From Myxococcota bacterium (GTDB lineage: Bacteria > Myxococcota_A > UBA796 > UBA2385): a DNA stretch of 64,000 nt. Where the stretch lies: NCBI GenBank assembly GCA_044344255.1, contig JBIJDH010000005.1:192001-256000 (forward strand), read 5' to 3'. This document shows positions 11,034 to 19,723 of this stretch, one piece after another. The notes under the pieces were generated by a model. It was given only the letters and a program-made list of their open reading frames with translations. It did no database searches and was not told where the DNA came from. Position 1 is the stretch's first letter. Each line of letters begins with the position of its first letter. A program made the translations under genes and the position numbers.

Positions 11034-12578
11034 ATGGACATCCCCTGGAACGTCAGCCGTGAGGTCACCGAGGGCGTGAAGATCTGGCTCCTGGGCGGTG
11101 GGCTCGGCCTCCTCTTGGCCTGGTGGTGGCTCCCGCGGCGGATCGGCCGGGGGCTGCTCGCCCTGCTCGCGGTGGTGGCGACCCTCAACTATTCGCGCTG
11201 GGGGCCCGACACCCCCTTCAAGAAGGTCGACCCCTACGACCTCATCCACTACTACCTGAACGCCAAGTATTTTGACGAGCTCGGGTATTACGATCTCTAT
11301 CCGGCCTGTCTTCTGGCGGACGCCGAGAACGGCGGGCCCTTCTTCCCGAAGCAGGGCTCCGTCTACATGGCCCAAAATGAGGCCGGTCACGGGAAGCTGC
11401 CGATCGAGCAGGGCATCGAGGCGGGCCGCGCGCTGCGGGCGAGCCGCTTCACACCGGAGCGCTGGGCGTCCTTCGAGCATGACTTCTTGCACCTCCAGCG
11501 CGAAGAGGGGGGTCTGACGAACAGCGTCTGGCGGGAGCTCATCCAAGATCACGGCTTCAACGGCACCCCCGCCTGGACCTTCGTGGCCCGGCCCATCGCG
11601 TCGGCGGTGCCGGTCGAGTATGTCAAGGCGCTCGGCTACATCGATCTCGGGCTGCTGTTCGCGGGGATCGGCGCGGTGGCCTGGGCCTATGGAGCGGACG
11701 CCGCGCTCTGGTCTTGGGCCTTCCTGATGATGAGCTACTCCTTACGGTGGCCCACCATCACCTGGGCCTTCCTCCGCTACGACTACGTGGCGGCCTTGCT
11801 CATCGGCCTCTCGGCGGTGAGGCGGGGCTGGTACTTCGTGGGTGGGCTGATGACCGGCTGGGCGGCGACGCTCCGCCTCTTCCCCGCGATGTGGCTCTTC
11901 GGGCCGGGCGCCAAGGGCTTCGCCGGCCTCGCCGGGCGGAGGGTGCACAAGCAGCTCCTCGTGCTGCTGGCGGGCTTCGTCGTCTCGACGGCGGTGATGG
12001 AGGGGCTGAGCGTCCTCTCGCTCGGCGTGGACACCGCGGTCACCCACCTCGAGAACATGGAGGACCACAACAAGGCCGAGAAGCTCTCCTCCCGCCGGAT
12101 CGGCCTCGCGCTCGGCCTTGCCTTCACCGGGGACCTCCTCCCCAAGAACATCGAGCCCGCCCGAAAGGACCTCATCGAGCGCCAGAAGCCTGTTCGTTTC
12201 GGTATTTCGGCGATCATCCTCGCCGCGCTCGGCTGGGGGCTGCGGAAGGCGGACGACGACGAGGCCTATGCCTTCGGGTTCATCCCCTTCTTCCTGCTCA
12301 CCACGGCCAGCTATTACTACTATGTCGTGCGGGTGGTGCTCGTGGCGATGCACGCGGGCGACCTGCGCAAGCCCAGGAACGTGGTCGGCCTCGCGATGCT
12401 GCTCGGCGTCGAGCTCTTCAGCAACGCGGCCGAGATCTACCTCCCTGGCCACCGCGTCTTCCTCATCGGCGGCACGGCCTGGGCGCTGACCGCCTACGCC
12501 GTGGTGATGTCGGTCTGGTTCCTCATGGACTCCCGGCGAGCAGGGCTGGAGCCGGCGGCGGATCGGCCAGGGCCGTGA
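11034..12578 (+). CDS. Multi-TM protein, GT-C fold glycosyltransferase-like (GT87-like)
   Basis: Many TM helices, large first loop with YDLIHYYLNAKYFDELGYYDLY, and motifs FNGTPAW, LRYDY, LRLFP. Confidence 0.6.
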   Translation: MDIPWNVSREVTEGVKIWLLGGGLGLLLAWWWLPRRIGRGLLALLAVVATLNYSRWGPDTPFKKVDPYDLIHYYLNAKYFDELGYYDLYPACLLADAENGGPFFPKQGSVYMAQNEAGHGKLPIEQGIEAGRALRASRFTPERWASFEHDFLHLQREEGGLTNSVWRELIQDHGFNGTPAWTFVARPIASAVPVEYVKALGYIDLGLLFAGIGAVAWAYGADAALWSWAFLMMSYSLRWPTITWAFLRYDYVAALLIGLSAVRRGWYFVGGLMTGWAATLRLFPAMWLFGPGAKGFAGLAGRRVHKQLLVLLAGFVVSTAVMEGLSVLSLGVDTAVTHLENMEDHNKAEKLSSRRIGLALGLAFTGDLLPKNIEPARKDLIERQKPVRFGISAIILAALGWGLRKADDDEAYAFGFIPFFLLTTASYYYYVVRVVLVAMHAGDLRKPRNVVGLAMLLGVELFSNAAEIYLPGHRVFLIGGTAWALTAYAVVMSVWFLMDSRRAGLEPAADRPGP

Positions 12579-13452
12579 GGCTCAGGCGGACGAGGCTGAT
12601 CCAGACGAGGTCGGCCACGAGCAGATGGGTGATCTGCAGGCTGGCGGGCACGAGCAGGGCGAGGTTCGTGAAGCCGACCCCGATCTGGGTGAGGTAGAGC
12701 AGGCCGAAGATCAGCGCCGCCCGGCGGCAGTGTGGCCGGTGCACCGCCACGAAGAGGGCGGCCAACAGCACGAAGAGGCCGGTGCCGAGCGCGCCGAGCG
12801 GGTGGAGCACCCGGAGGCGGATGAGGAAGTGCGCGGTGGGGGAGAGGTCCTGCGCTACCCCTTCGGCGAGGCTGGCGGCGGGGAAGAGGGTGTCTCCGAG
12901 CGCGGTGATCGCCCCGCTCACGCCGAGGGCCATCAGCGCCAGCAGGGCGAGGCCGAGGCCCAGCGCGAGGAGCGGCTGGCGGCCGATGCGGGGCGCGCTC
13001 TTTCCACCGGCCCAGAGCGCGGTCACCGTGTATGCGCCGATGAGGAGGAAGGTGTTGACGAGGTGGATGGCCATCACGATCGCGCGGGCGACGGAGTCAT
13101 CCTTGGCGACTAAGCCCTGAAGCACGAGCAGGGCGCCCACTCCGGCCTCGGCCACCATGAAGCCCATGCAGGCCCAGGCCCCGCGCCGGACGAGGCTGCC
13201 CGCGGGGGCCACCCGTCGCGCCCAGGCGACCTGCACCACTGTCATCAACAGGACGAGCCCGCTCGTCACCCGGTGGGTGAGCTCGATGACCGTCTCCGCC
13301 GCCGGATCCCGAGGAAGCACCTGACCATTACACAGGGGCCAGTGCTCTCCACAGCCGGCGCCGGAGCCGCTCACGCGGACCCAGGCACCCCAGAGGATGA
13401 CGAGGAGGTTGGCGGCGAGCAGGAGCCAGGCATAGGCGCGGAAGCGGGACAT
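12523..13452 (-). CDS. ctaA: Heme A synthase (COX15/CtaA family)
   Basis: WGAWVRVSGSGAGCGEHWPLCNG, IELTHR, conserved His in IHL/LHP/THL. ATG at 13452. The 3' end overlaps the convergent gene by 56 nt. Confidence 0.88.
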   Translation of the reverse strand: MSRFRAYAWLLLAANLLVILWGAWVRVSGSGAGCGEHWPLCNGQVLPRDPAAETVIELTHRVTSGLVLLMTVVQVAWARRVAPAGSLVRRGAWACMGFMVAEAGVGALLVLQGLVAKDDSVARAIVMAIHLVNTFLLIGAYTVTALWAGGKSAPRIGRQPLLALGLGLALLALMALGVSGAITALGDTLFPAASLAEGVAQDLSPTAHFLIRLRVLHPLGALGTGLFVLLAALFVAVHRPHCRRAALIFGLLYLTQIGVGFTNLALLVPASLQITHLLVADLVWISLVRLSLTALADPPPAPALLAGSP

Positions 13453-13598
13453 GGGGCGGCTGTATCGCTCTGGTGACGGAGCGTCCCGCCGGCTTGCCAG
13501 CCGCGGGAGGCGCGGGGTAGGACGCTCGCCCCTCCGCGCCCCAACATCCGCCTCCCCGGCGGAGCTGGGCGCGGGCGACGAGATCTGCATCGGAGTCT

Positions 13599-15062
13599 GT
13601 GATGGCCGTGCCTACCAAGAAGAGCCGCAAGCCCAGCGCGAAGAAGTCCCCCTCCACCGTCGACGCTGCGGTTGAGTCCCCGGTCGTCGAGTCCCAGGTC
13701 GTCGAGGCGCCGGAGGAGGCCGCGGCCGTCAGCCAGCCGGCCGAGGTCGAGGCCCCGCCCGCCGCGCCGCAGCCCACCCTGCACCAGACCAAGCGCATCG
13801 GCCTCTCGCTCGGCGCCGACATCTGCTGGGCGGGCTCGTACGAAGAGATCTTGAAGCGGCTCAACCTGCGGATGGAGCTCGGGCACCGGGTGGTCGACCT
13901 CGTCACCGAGCGGTTGACCGTCGAGCCCTATGATCTGAAGCAGCCCGTTCGGTACGACGTGGTGATCGACCGGCTGACCCACTGGTTCCACACCAGCCGC
14001 GAGTGGATCAAGAAGGCCGTCATCATGGACGGTCTCTACGTGCTCAACAACCCCTGGGCCATCCAGGGCTACGAGAAGCACACCACTTACGCCGCGATGA
14101 TGAAGCTCGGGCTCAACGTGCCCGAGACCTGGATGATCCCGCCGAAGGAGCGGGTGGACCACCCCGACGTCGGCCGCCTGATGAACGCCTACGGCCGCCC
14201 CTTCGACGTCGCCGAGGTGGGCCGAAAGGTGGGCTACCCCTGCTTCATCAAGCCCTATGACGGCGGCGCCTGGGTGGGCGTCACCCGGGTCAAGAACGAC
14301 GCCGACCTCCGCAAGGCGTACAATGAGAGCGGCCAGCGGATCATGCACCTCCAGGCGAGCGTGGAGAACTACGATCTGTTCGTGCGCACCGTCGGCATCG
14401 GGCCCCAGTGCCAGGTGATGAAGTACGATCCCACGGCGCCGCTGCACGCCCGCTACGAGGTCGCCTTCAACTTTGTGAACGGTGCAGAGGAGTGGCAGCT
14501 CCTGGTCGATCAGATGATGACGATCAACAGCTTCTTCGGCTGGGAATTCAACTCCTGCGAGAGCTTGCGCAAGGACGGGGTCTATTACCCGATCGACTTT
14601 GCCAACGCCTGCCCGGACTTCCAGGTCACGAGCCTGCACTTCTACTTCCCGAACCTCGTCAAGGACATGCTCCGCTGGTCGATCTTCTGCGCCGCCACCG
14701 AGCGCAAGATGCAGATGAACCAGGACTGGACACCGTACTACGCGGTGGCCAAGAAGGATCTCCCCTTCCGCGAGCGCCTCTCCGAGTACGCGCGGATCGG
14801 CCGCGAGCGTCTGGAGGCCGATCGGTTCCAGGACTTCTGCGATCAGCACCTCGGCCACCTCGACGAGGTCGTCTGGGAGTTCTTCGGCACGCCGCGGGCC
14901 CACGAGCTCGTGCGGGAGAAGGTCACCGCCCTCTTCCCGGCCCATGAGGTGGACAAGTTTACGGCCCACTACTGGGGCCTCCTCAAGTTCTGGCGCCGCA
15001 CCGAAGCCGATCGCCTCGCTGCGGCGGGCAAGCCGGTCGACGGGCGCGTGATCGGAGCCTGA
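13599..15062 (+). CDS. ATP-grasp ligase (RimK/glutathione synthetase-like)
   Basis: IDRLTHW, NNPW, EKH, VGYPCFIKPYDGGAWVGV, IDFANACPD. Confidence 0.8.
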   Translation: MMAVPTKKSRKPSAKKSPSTVDAAVESPVVESQVVEAPEEAAAVSQPAEVEAPPAAPQPTLHQTKRIGLSLGADICWAGSYEEILKRLNLRMELGHRVVDLVTERLTVEPYDLKQPVRYDVVIDRLTHWFHTSREWIKKAVIMDGLYVLNNPWAIQGYEKHTTYAAMMKLGLNVPETWMIPPKERVDHPDVGRLMNAYGRPFDVAEVGRKVGYPCFIKPYDGGAWVGVTRVKNDADLRKAYNESGQRIMHLQASVENYDLFVRTVGIGPQCQVMKYDPTAPLHARYEVAFNFVNGAEEWQLLVDQMMTINSFFGWEFNSCESLRKDGVYYPIDFANACPDFQVTSLHFYFPNLVKDMLRWSIFCAATERKMQMNQDWTPYYAVAKKDLPFRERLSEYARIGRERLEADRFQDFCDQHLGHLDEVVWEFFGTPRAHELVREKVTALFPAHEVDKFTAHYWGLLKFWRRTEADRLAAAGKPVDGRVIGA

Positions 15063-15063
15063 G

Positions 15064-15807
15064 ATGGACAAACGTTCTGGGAGCTGGCGCTCTCCTCACC
15101 TCGATCGTGAGGTGCTCATCGCGCGGTGGGGCCACGCCGGGCAGCCCGTGCTGCTCTTCCCCACCTGCGGCGGCGACGCCGAAGAGTGCGAGCGCTTCTT
15201 GATGATCAAGGTGCTCAGCCCGCTCATCGAGGCGGGCCGCATCCGGGTCTTCTCGGTCGACAGCGTGTCGGGCCCTGTGTGGATCGATGATGAGGTCGGG
15301 CCGGTCGAGAAGGCCAAGACCCAGACCCGCTTCGACCGCTTCCTCTACCGGGAGCTGGTCCCGCTCATCCAGCGGGAGAGCGGGGCCGATGGGGCGGCGG
15401 CGGGTGGCATCATCACCGCGGGGGCCTCGATCGGGGCCTTCAACGCGGTGGCGACCCTCTGCCGGCACCCCGACGCCTTCCGGGGCGCGGTGGGGATGAG
15501 CGGCACCTATGACCTCAGCGGGTGGATGAACGGGGTCTACACCTACGACTTCCACGTCTCCTCACCGCTGCACTTCGTGCCGCAGCTCCCCGATGGTGAT
15601 CAGCTGCGCGCCCTGCGCGAGCGGATGGTCTACCTCGTCGTCGGAGAGGGTCGGTGGGAGCGCCCGAACAACTCCTGGGCCATGGGCGCGGCCCTCGGCG
15701 CCAAGGGTGTGCCCAACCGGGTGGACTTCTGGGGCCAGGAGCACGATCATGACTGGGTGTCTTGGCGGGCCCAGCTCCCGCATTACCTCGACCTCATGAC
15801 CCGGTAG
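15064..15807 (+). CDS. Esterase, alpha/beta hydrolase
   Basis: WGHAGQPVLLFPT, GASIG nucleophile elbow, SGTYD, HDHDW...W. Confidence 0.85.
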   Translation: MDKRSGSWRSPHLDREVLIARWGHAGQPVLLFPTCGGDAEECERFLMIKVLSPLIEAGRIRVFSVDSVSGPVWIDDEVGPVEKAKTQTRFDRFLYRELVPLIQRESGADGAAAGGIITAGASIGAFNAVATLCRHPDAFRGAVGMSGTYDLSGWMNGVYTYDFHVSSPLHFVPQLPDGDQLRALRERMVYLVVGEGRWERPNNSWAMGAALGAKGVPNRVDFWGQEHDHDWVSWRAQLPHYLDLMTR

Positions 15808-15811
15808 GCCG

Positions 15812-17044
15812 ATGGCCCGCGCTCCGCTGAACGTTGTCTTCGTCGCGCCCTTCTTCCTCGACACCACCGTGCGCTTCATCCGCTCGGTGGCGGAGCTCGG
15901 GGGGGCGAAGGTCGGGCTCATCAGCCAGGACCCGATCGAGAAGCTCGACCCCGCGGTCCGCGCGCGCCTCGCGGCTCATTACCGGGTGGAGGACGGGCTC
16001 AACCCCGAGCAGCTCACCGCCGCCACCCGCTGGATGGGCGTCCGCTTGGGCTCGGTCGACCGGCTGGTGGGCGCGCTCGAGCAGCTCCAGGTGCCGCTCG
16101 GGCAGGTCCGCGACCGGCTCGGCCTCGACGGGATGCGCGAGGAGGCGGCCCGGAACTTCCGAGAGAAGTCCCGGATGAAGGATGTGCTCGGCGCGGCGGG
16201 GATCCAGGTCGCCCGGCACAGGCTGGTGAGTTCGGTGGCCGAGGGGGTGGAATTCGCTCGGACCATCGGCGGGCCGGTGGTGATCAAGCCGCCCGACGGC
16301 GCCGGGGGCTTCTCCACCTACCGGGCCGCCAACTTGACCGAGGCGGCGCAGATCCTCGAGGCCCAGCGGCCGAGCGCCGCCCGCCCGAGCCTCGTCGAGG
16401 AGTTCATGACGGGGCTCGAGCGCAGCTTCGACGCCGTCACGATCCAGGGCCGGCCGGTCTGGCACTCGCTCACGGTCTATACGCCCACGCCGCTCGAGGT
16501 GCTCGAGAACCCCTGGATCCAGTGGACGGTTCTGCTCCCGCGGGAGACGGACCACCGCCGCTGGGATGAGGTCCGGCGGGTGGGCGTCGAGACGCTGCGC
16601 GTGCTCGGCATGACCACCGGGCTCAGCCACATGGAGTGGTTCGAGCGTCCAAACGGGAGCGTGGCGGTCTCCGAGATCGGGGCGAGGCCCCCCGGGGCCC
16701 GCATCGTGCCCCTCATTGGCTACGCCCACGACTGCGACTTCTTCCACAAGTGGGCCCGCCTCGTCGTCTTCGAGGAGTTCGACGCCCCCGAGACCCGCTT
16801 CGCGGCGGGGGCTGCCTACCTCCGCGGGCAGGGCACGGGGAAGGTGAAGGCCATCCACGGCCTCGACGCCGCCCACCGAGAGCTCGGCCACCTCGTCGTC
16901 GAGGCGCAGCTCCCCAAGATCGGGCAGGCCGCCAGCGCCTCGTACGAAGGGGAGGGGACGGTCATCCTCCGCCACCCCGAGACTCGCGTGGTCGAGGAGG
17001 GCCTGAAGCGCCTCGTCTCCCTGGTCCGGGTCGAGCTCGGCTGA
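15812..17044 (+). CDS. ATP-grasp domain protein (L-amino-acid ligase/CPS-like)
   Basis: FREKSRMK, PVVIKPPDGAGG, VEEFMTG, HMEWF, EIGARPPG. Confidence 0.85.
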   Translation: MARAPLNVVFVAPFFLDTTVRFIRSVAELGGAKVGLISQDPIEKLDPAVRARLAAHYRVEDGLNPEQLTAATRWMGVRLGSVDRLVGALEQLQVPLGQVRDRLGLDGMREEAARNFREKSRMKDVLGAAGIQVARHRLVSSVAEGVEFARTIGGPVVIKPPDGAGGFSTYRAANLTEAAQILEAQRPSAARPSLVEEFMTGLERSFDAVTIQGRPVWHSLTVYTPTPLEVLENPWIQWTVLLPRETDHRRWDEVRRVGVETLRVLGMTTGLSHMEWFERPNGSVAVSEIGARPPGARIVPLIGYAHDCDFFHKWARLVVFEEFDAPETRFAAGAAYLRGQGTGKVKAIHGLDAAHRELGHLVVEAQLPKIGQAASASYEGEGTVILRHPETRVVEEGLKRLVSLVRVELG

Positions 17045-17138
17045 CGGGCCGGCCCTCCGCCGCCGCCACTTGGGTCCGGCAGGTTTCACGGTGCGGCCCC
17101 TGGCGGAAGGCGGTTAGGCAGCGCGGGTTGGAGAGTCC

Positions 17139-18200
17139 ATGCGCATGTCCCGACCGTCTTCTGTGAAGTTCCTCCTCGTCCTCGCGCTCGGCGGCCTGAG
17201 CCTCGCCCAGAGCGGCTGTGGCTCCTGCGTCGCCAAGAAGGAGGTCGAGAAGCCCGTCGTTGAGAAGAAGGGGAAGAAGGCCCCGAAGAAGGAGGCTGTC
17301 CCCAAGACCGCCTCGCGAGACATGGTGCCGACGGGCACGATGGTGGCGGTGCAGGTGGGGGCGCGCAGCTACCTGTGGTCCGACAGCCGCACCGGCATGC
17401 TCTCGATGGACACGGACAAGCTGGCCTGGTCGCCGAACGGCTTCGAGAGCCCGGACCTCGGCGGGACCAAGGTGCTCGCCCCGGGCGGCGCGCAGTACTG
17501 GCGGTTCACCCCAGGGAAGGTGAAGACCACCCCCATCAAGGACCTCTACGCCGCCCCGGGCGCGGCCCCCGAGGGCTACGCGATCTCCGCCGATCCCGGC
17601 AAGGCCAACCGCATCGAGGTCACGATGCGCGGCCCGGAGGGGCGGTATATCCGCGTGGGCCTCTTCCCCGAGGCGCCGACGGCGACCACCTGGCTCCAGG
17701 GAGTCCTGCCCACGGGGGTCAAGGTCGCGCCGCGGCTCGACAAGTCGAGCGGCTGGAAGCTGTCCGATGACGGCACCGCCAAGGCAGAGATCCCCGACGG
17801 CGCGACACCCGCCACCATGACCGCCCCCTCCGACGATCGGCTCAAGGGCTGGCTCGCAGACGCCGCCAAGCTGCGCGGTGGGGAGGTGAAGGCCCTGTGG
17901 AGCGGCGTCCTCGACCTCGACGGGGACCCCGAGACCGAGGGCCTGCTGTGCGTGAGCGGCGGCAAGGGGGATTACCCCTGCCTCGTGGTGGACGAGGTGG
18001 GCGGCGAGCGCCGGTACCACGCGGTCAACCTGCCCTACGATGACGTCTCGAAGGGCGCCGCCCCGATCGCCTTCGCCAAGGACGGCGCCAACTACGTGAT
18101 GTGGCTCGGTCCCGTGGCGCGGGCCCCGGCGGGCTCGCCGGCGCAGATCCAGACGGTCCGCTTCACGGGCGCTGCCTTCCAGGCCGAGACGATCCGATAG
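17139..18200 (+). CDS. Hypothetical exported protein or lipoprotein
   Basis: Signal peptide with SGCGSC, Lys-rich linker, DLDGD Ca-binding-like motif; in operon position. Confidence 0.7.
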   Translation: MRMSRPSSVKFLLVLALGGLSLAQSGCGSCVAKKEVEKPVVEKKGKKAPKKEAVPKTASRDMVPTGTMVAVQVGARSYLWSDSRTGMLSMDTDKLAWSPNGFESPDLGGTKVLAPGGAQYWRFTPGKVKTTPIKDLYAAPGAAPEGYAISADPGKANRIEVTMRGPEGRYIRVGLFPEAPTATTWLQGVLPTGVKVAPRLDKSSGWKLSDDGTAKAEIPDGATPATMTAPSDDRLKGWLADAAKLRGGEVKALWSGVLDLDGDPETEGLLCVSGGKGDYPCLVVDEVGGERRYHAVNLPYDDVSKGAAPIAFAKDGANYVMWLGPVARAPAGSPAQIQTVRFTGAAFQAETIR

Positions 18201-19723
18201 CGCTGCCGCGCTGGGTCGAGCTGCACGTCGATGACCGGCTGATCTCCCGCGAGCCCGAGCGGGCCCCGGAGGCGGCGCGGCTGCTCGAACAGCTCTGCGA
18301 CCTCGCCGAGGGCGCAGGCGCTCGCTGGAGCCTCCGCGTCCGAGAGTCCTTCGCCCTCGCCGATCGCGGGCTGCTCCTCGAGCTCTCTCGTCGCGGGCAC
18401 GAGGTGGGGGTGCACGCGCACGGGAGCCGCCTCGGCGCCGCGGTGGCCGCCCTTCGCAGGGCCGGGCTCGCGCCCACCGTGGGTGCGCCCGGCCTCGTCC
18501 AGGCGAACGAGGCCCGCGGCGCCCTCTTGCGGGAGGCCTCCGCCCATGGCCTCCGCCTCGTCACCGACCACGGGCCCTCCCCCGCCTGGCCCGGTGAGGG
18601 CCGGCAGGTCCGAGTCGAGGGGGGGCTCGCGGTGATGGCCCCGACCGTCCGCCCCGAGGACTGGGGGCTCTTCGAGGGGGAGGGTGAGCAGGCGGGCCTG
18701 TGCCCCGAGAAGGTTGATCGGCTGCACGAGATCGAGGATCGGGCCGCCGAGCTCGGCGCCGCCTACTTCGGGCTCACCTTCCATGAGCATGACCTCTGTC
18801 CGCCGGGCTCCCTCCGCCCTCGTCCCGGCGCTTTGCGGGCCCTGGAGAGGCTCTTCTCTCGAGGGGCGGTCCCCTCGGCGGAGGCGGCCCGGGTCCAGGG
18901 CGCGGGGCCGCGTCCGATCCCGCTTGGAGATCCCGCCCTCTGGCTCGCCCGCGCCCTCGGACGGGGCGCAGGCTGGCTGCGCGGGCGGCGGTGGCGGCGC
19001 TCCCCACCCCGCCGCCTCGATCGGGTCTATGTGCCCGTCGGCGAGCGGGGGCTCTGCGCCTCGCGGATCGGGCCGCCGCGGCCCCGCGCGATCGTGCTGG
19101 CCTCGCACGCGGGGCCCCACGGGGGGCGCGCCGTCGGCCTGCGTCCCTTCGGCCTCGACGACGACGCGCTCGCGGAGGTCGGCGTGGCGCTGTGGCTCTA
19201 CGATCGATCCGGCACCGGCGACAGCGCCGCGCTCGGCCCGCCCGGCCCGGCCACGCCGGGGAGCCCCGCGCATGTCGAGGATTGGCGCGCCATGCTCGCC
19301 CGCGCCCGCGAGGAGGGGCGCCCGGTGTTCGCGCTCTCCTGGTCGAGCGGGCTCCTGCCGGTGCTGCGGGCCGCCGCAGCGGGCGATCGGCCCGACGCCC
19401 TGCTCGACGCGGAGGGCCCCTCCGATCGGTTCAGCCTCGTGCCGCCTCCGGGAGCTGGCGCCCCGCTGACGCTCGCCGCGCGCTCCCCCTTTGACGACGC
19501 GGCCTGGGTCGGCCTCGAGCCGGTCGGGCTGCTCGGGTCGCTCGGGGCCCCCTACATTCGGCTGCAAGGGAGCCCGGATCACCTGCACGGAGACTGGTCT
19601 GGTCACGCGGCGGCCCTGCTCGACGCGGCGGGTCGAGCTGGCCTCCAGCGGCCCGCGCTCTCGGGTCCGCGTCCCCTCGGTGAGCTGCTGGCCCTCGTTC
19701 GAGCGCTCTCCCTCAGCGTATGA
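18101..19723 (+). CDS. Fusion of a polysaccharide-deacetylase-like domain and an alpha/beta hydrolase-like domain; start uncertain
   Basis: LHVDD...RGHEVGVHAH...LTFHEHD, then YDRSGTGDS, SWSSG, QGSPDH. The only canonical start (GTG 18101) overlaps the upstream gene by 100 nt. Confidence 0.55.
   Translation: MARSRGAGPGGLAGADPDGPLHGRCLPGRDDPIALPRWVELHVDDRLISREPERAPEAARLLEQLCDLAEGAGARWSLRVRESFALADRGLLLELSRRGHEVGVHAHGSRLGAAVAALRRAGLAPTVGAPGLVQANEARGALLREASAHGLRLVTDHGPSPAWPGEGRQVRVEGGLAVMAPTVRPEDWGLFEGEGEQAGLCPEKVDRLHEIEDRAAELGAAYFGLTFHEHDLCPPGSLRPRPGALRALERLFSRGAVPSAEAARVQGAGPRPIPLGDPALWLARALGRGAGWLRGRRWRRSPPRRLDRVYVPVGERGLCASRIGPPRPRAIVLASHAGPHGGRAVGLRPFGLDDDALAEVGVALWLYDRSGTGDSAALGPPGPATPGSPAHVEDWRAMLARAREEGRPVFALSWSSGLLPVLRAAAAGDRPDALLDAEGPSDRFSLVPPPGAGAPLTLAARSPFDDAAWVGLEPVGLLGSLGAPYIRLQGSPDHLHGDWSGHAAALLDAAGRAGLQRPALSGPRPLGELLALVRALSLSV

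Noticed and set aside
12523..12578. 56-nt convergent overlap of ctaA and the GT-C-like gene
   Set aside because: Short 3' overlaps are common in GC-rich genomes with few stop codons.
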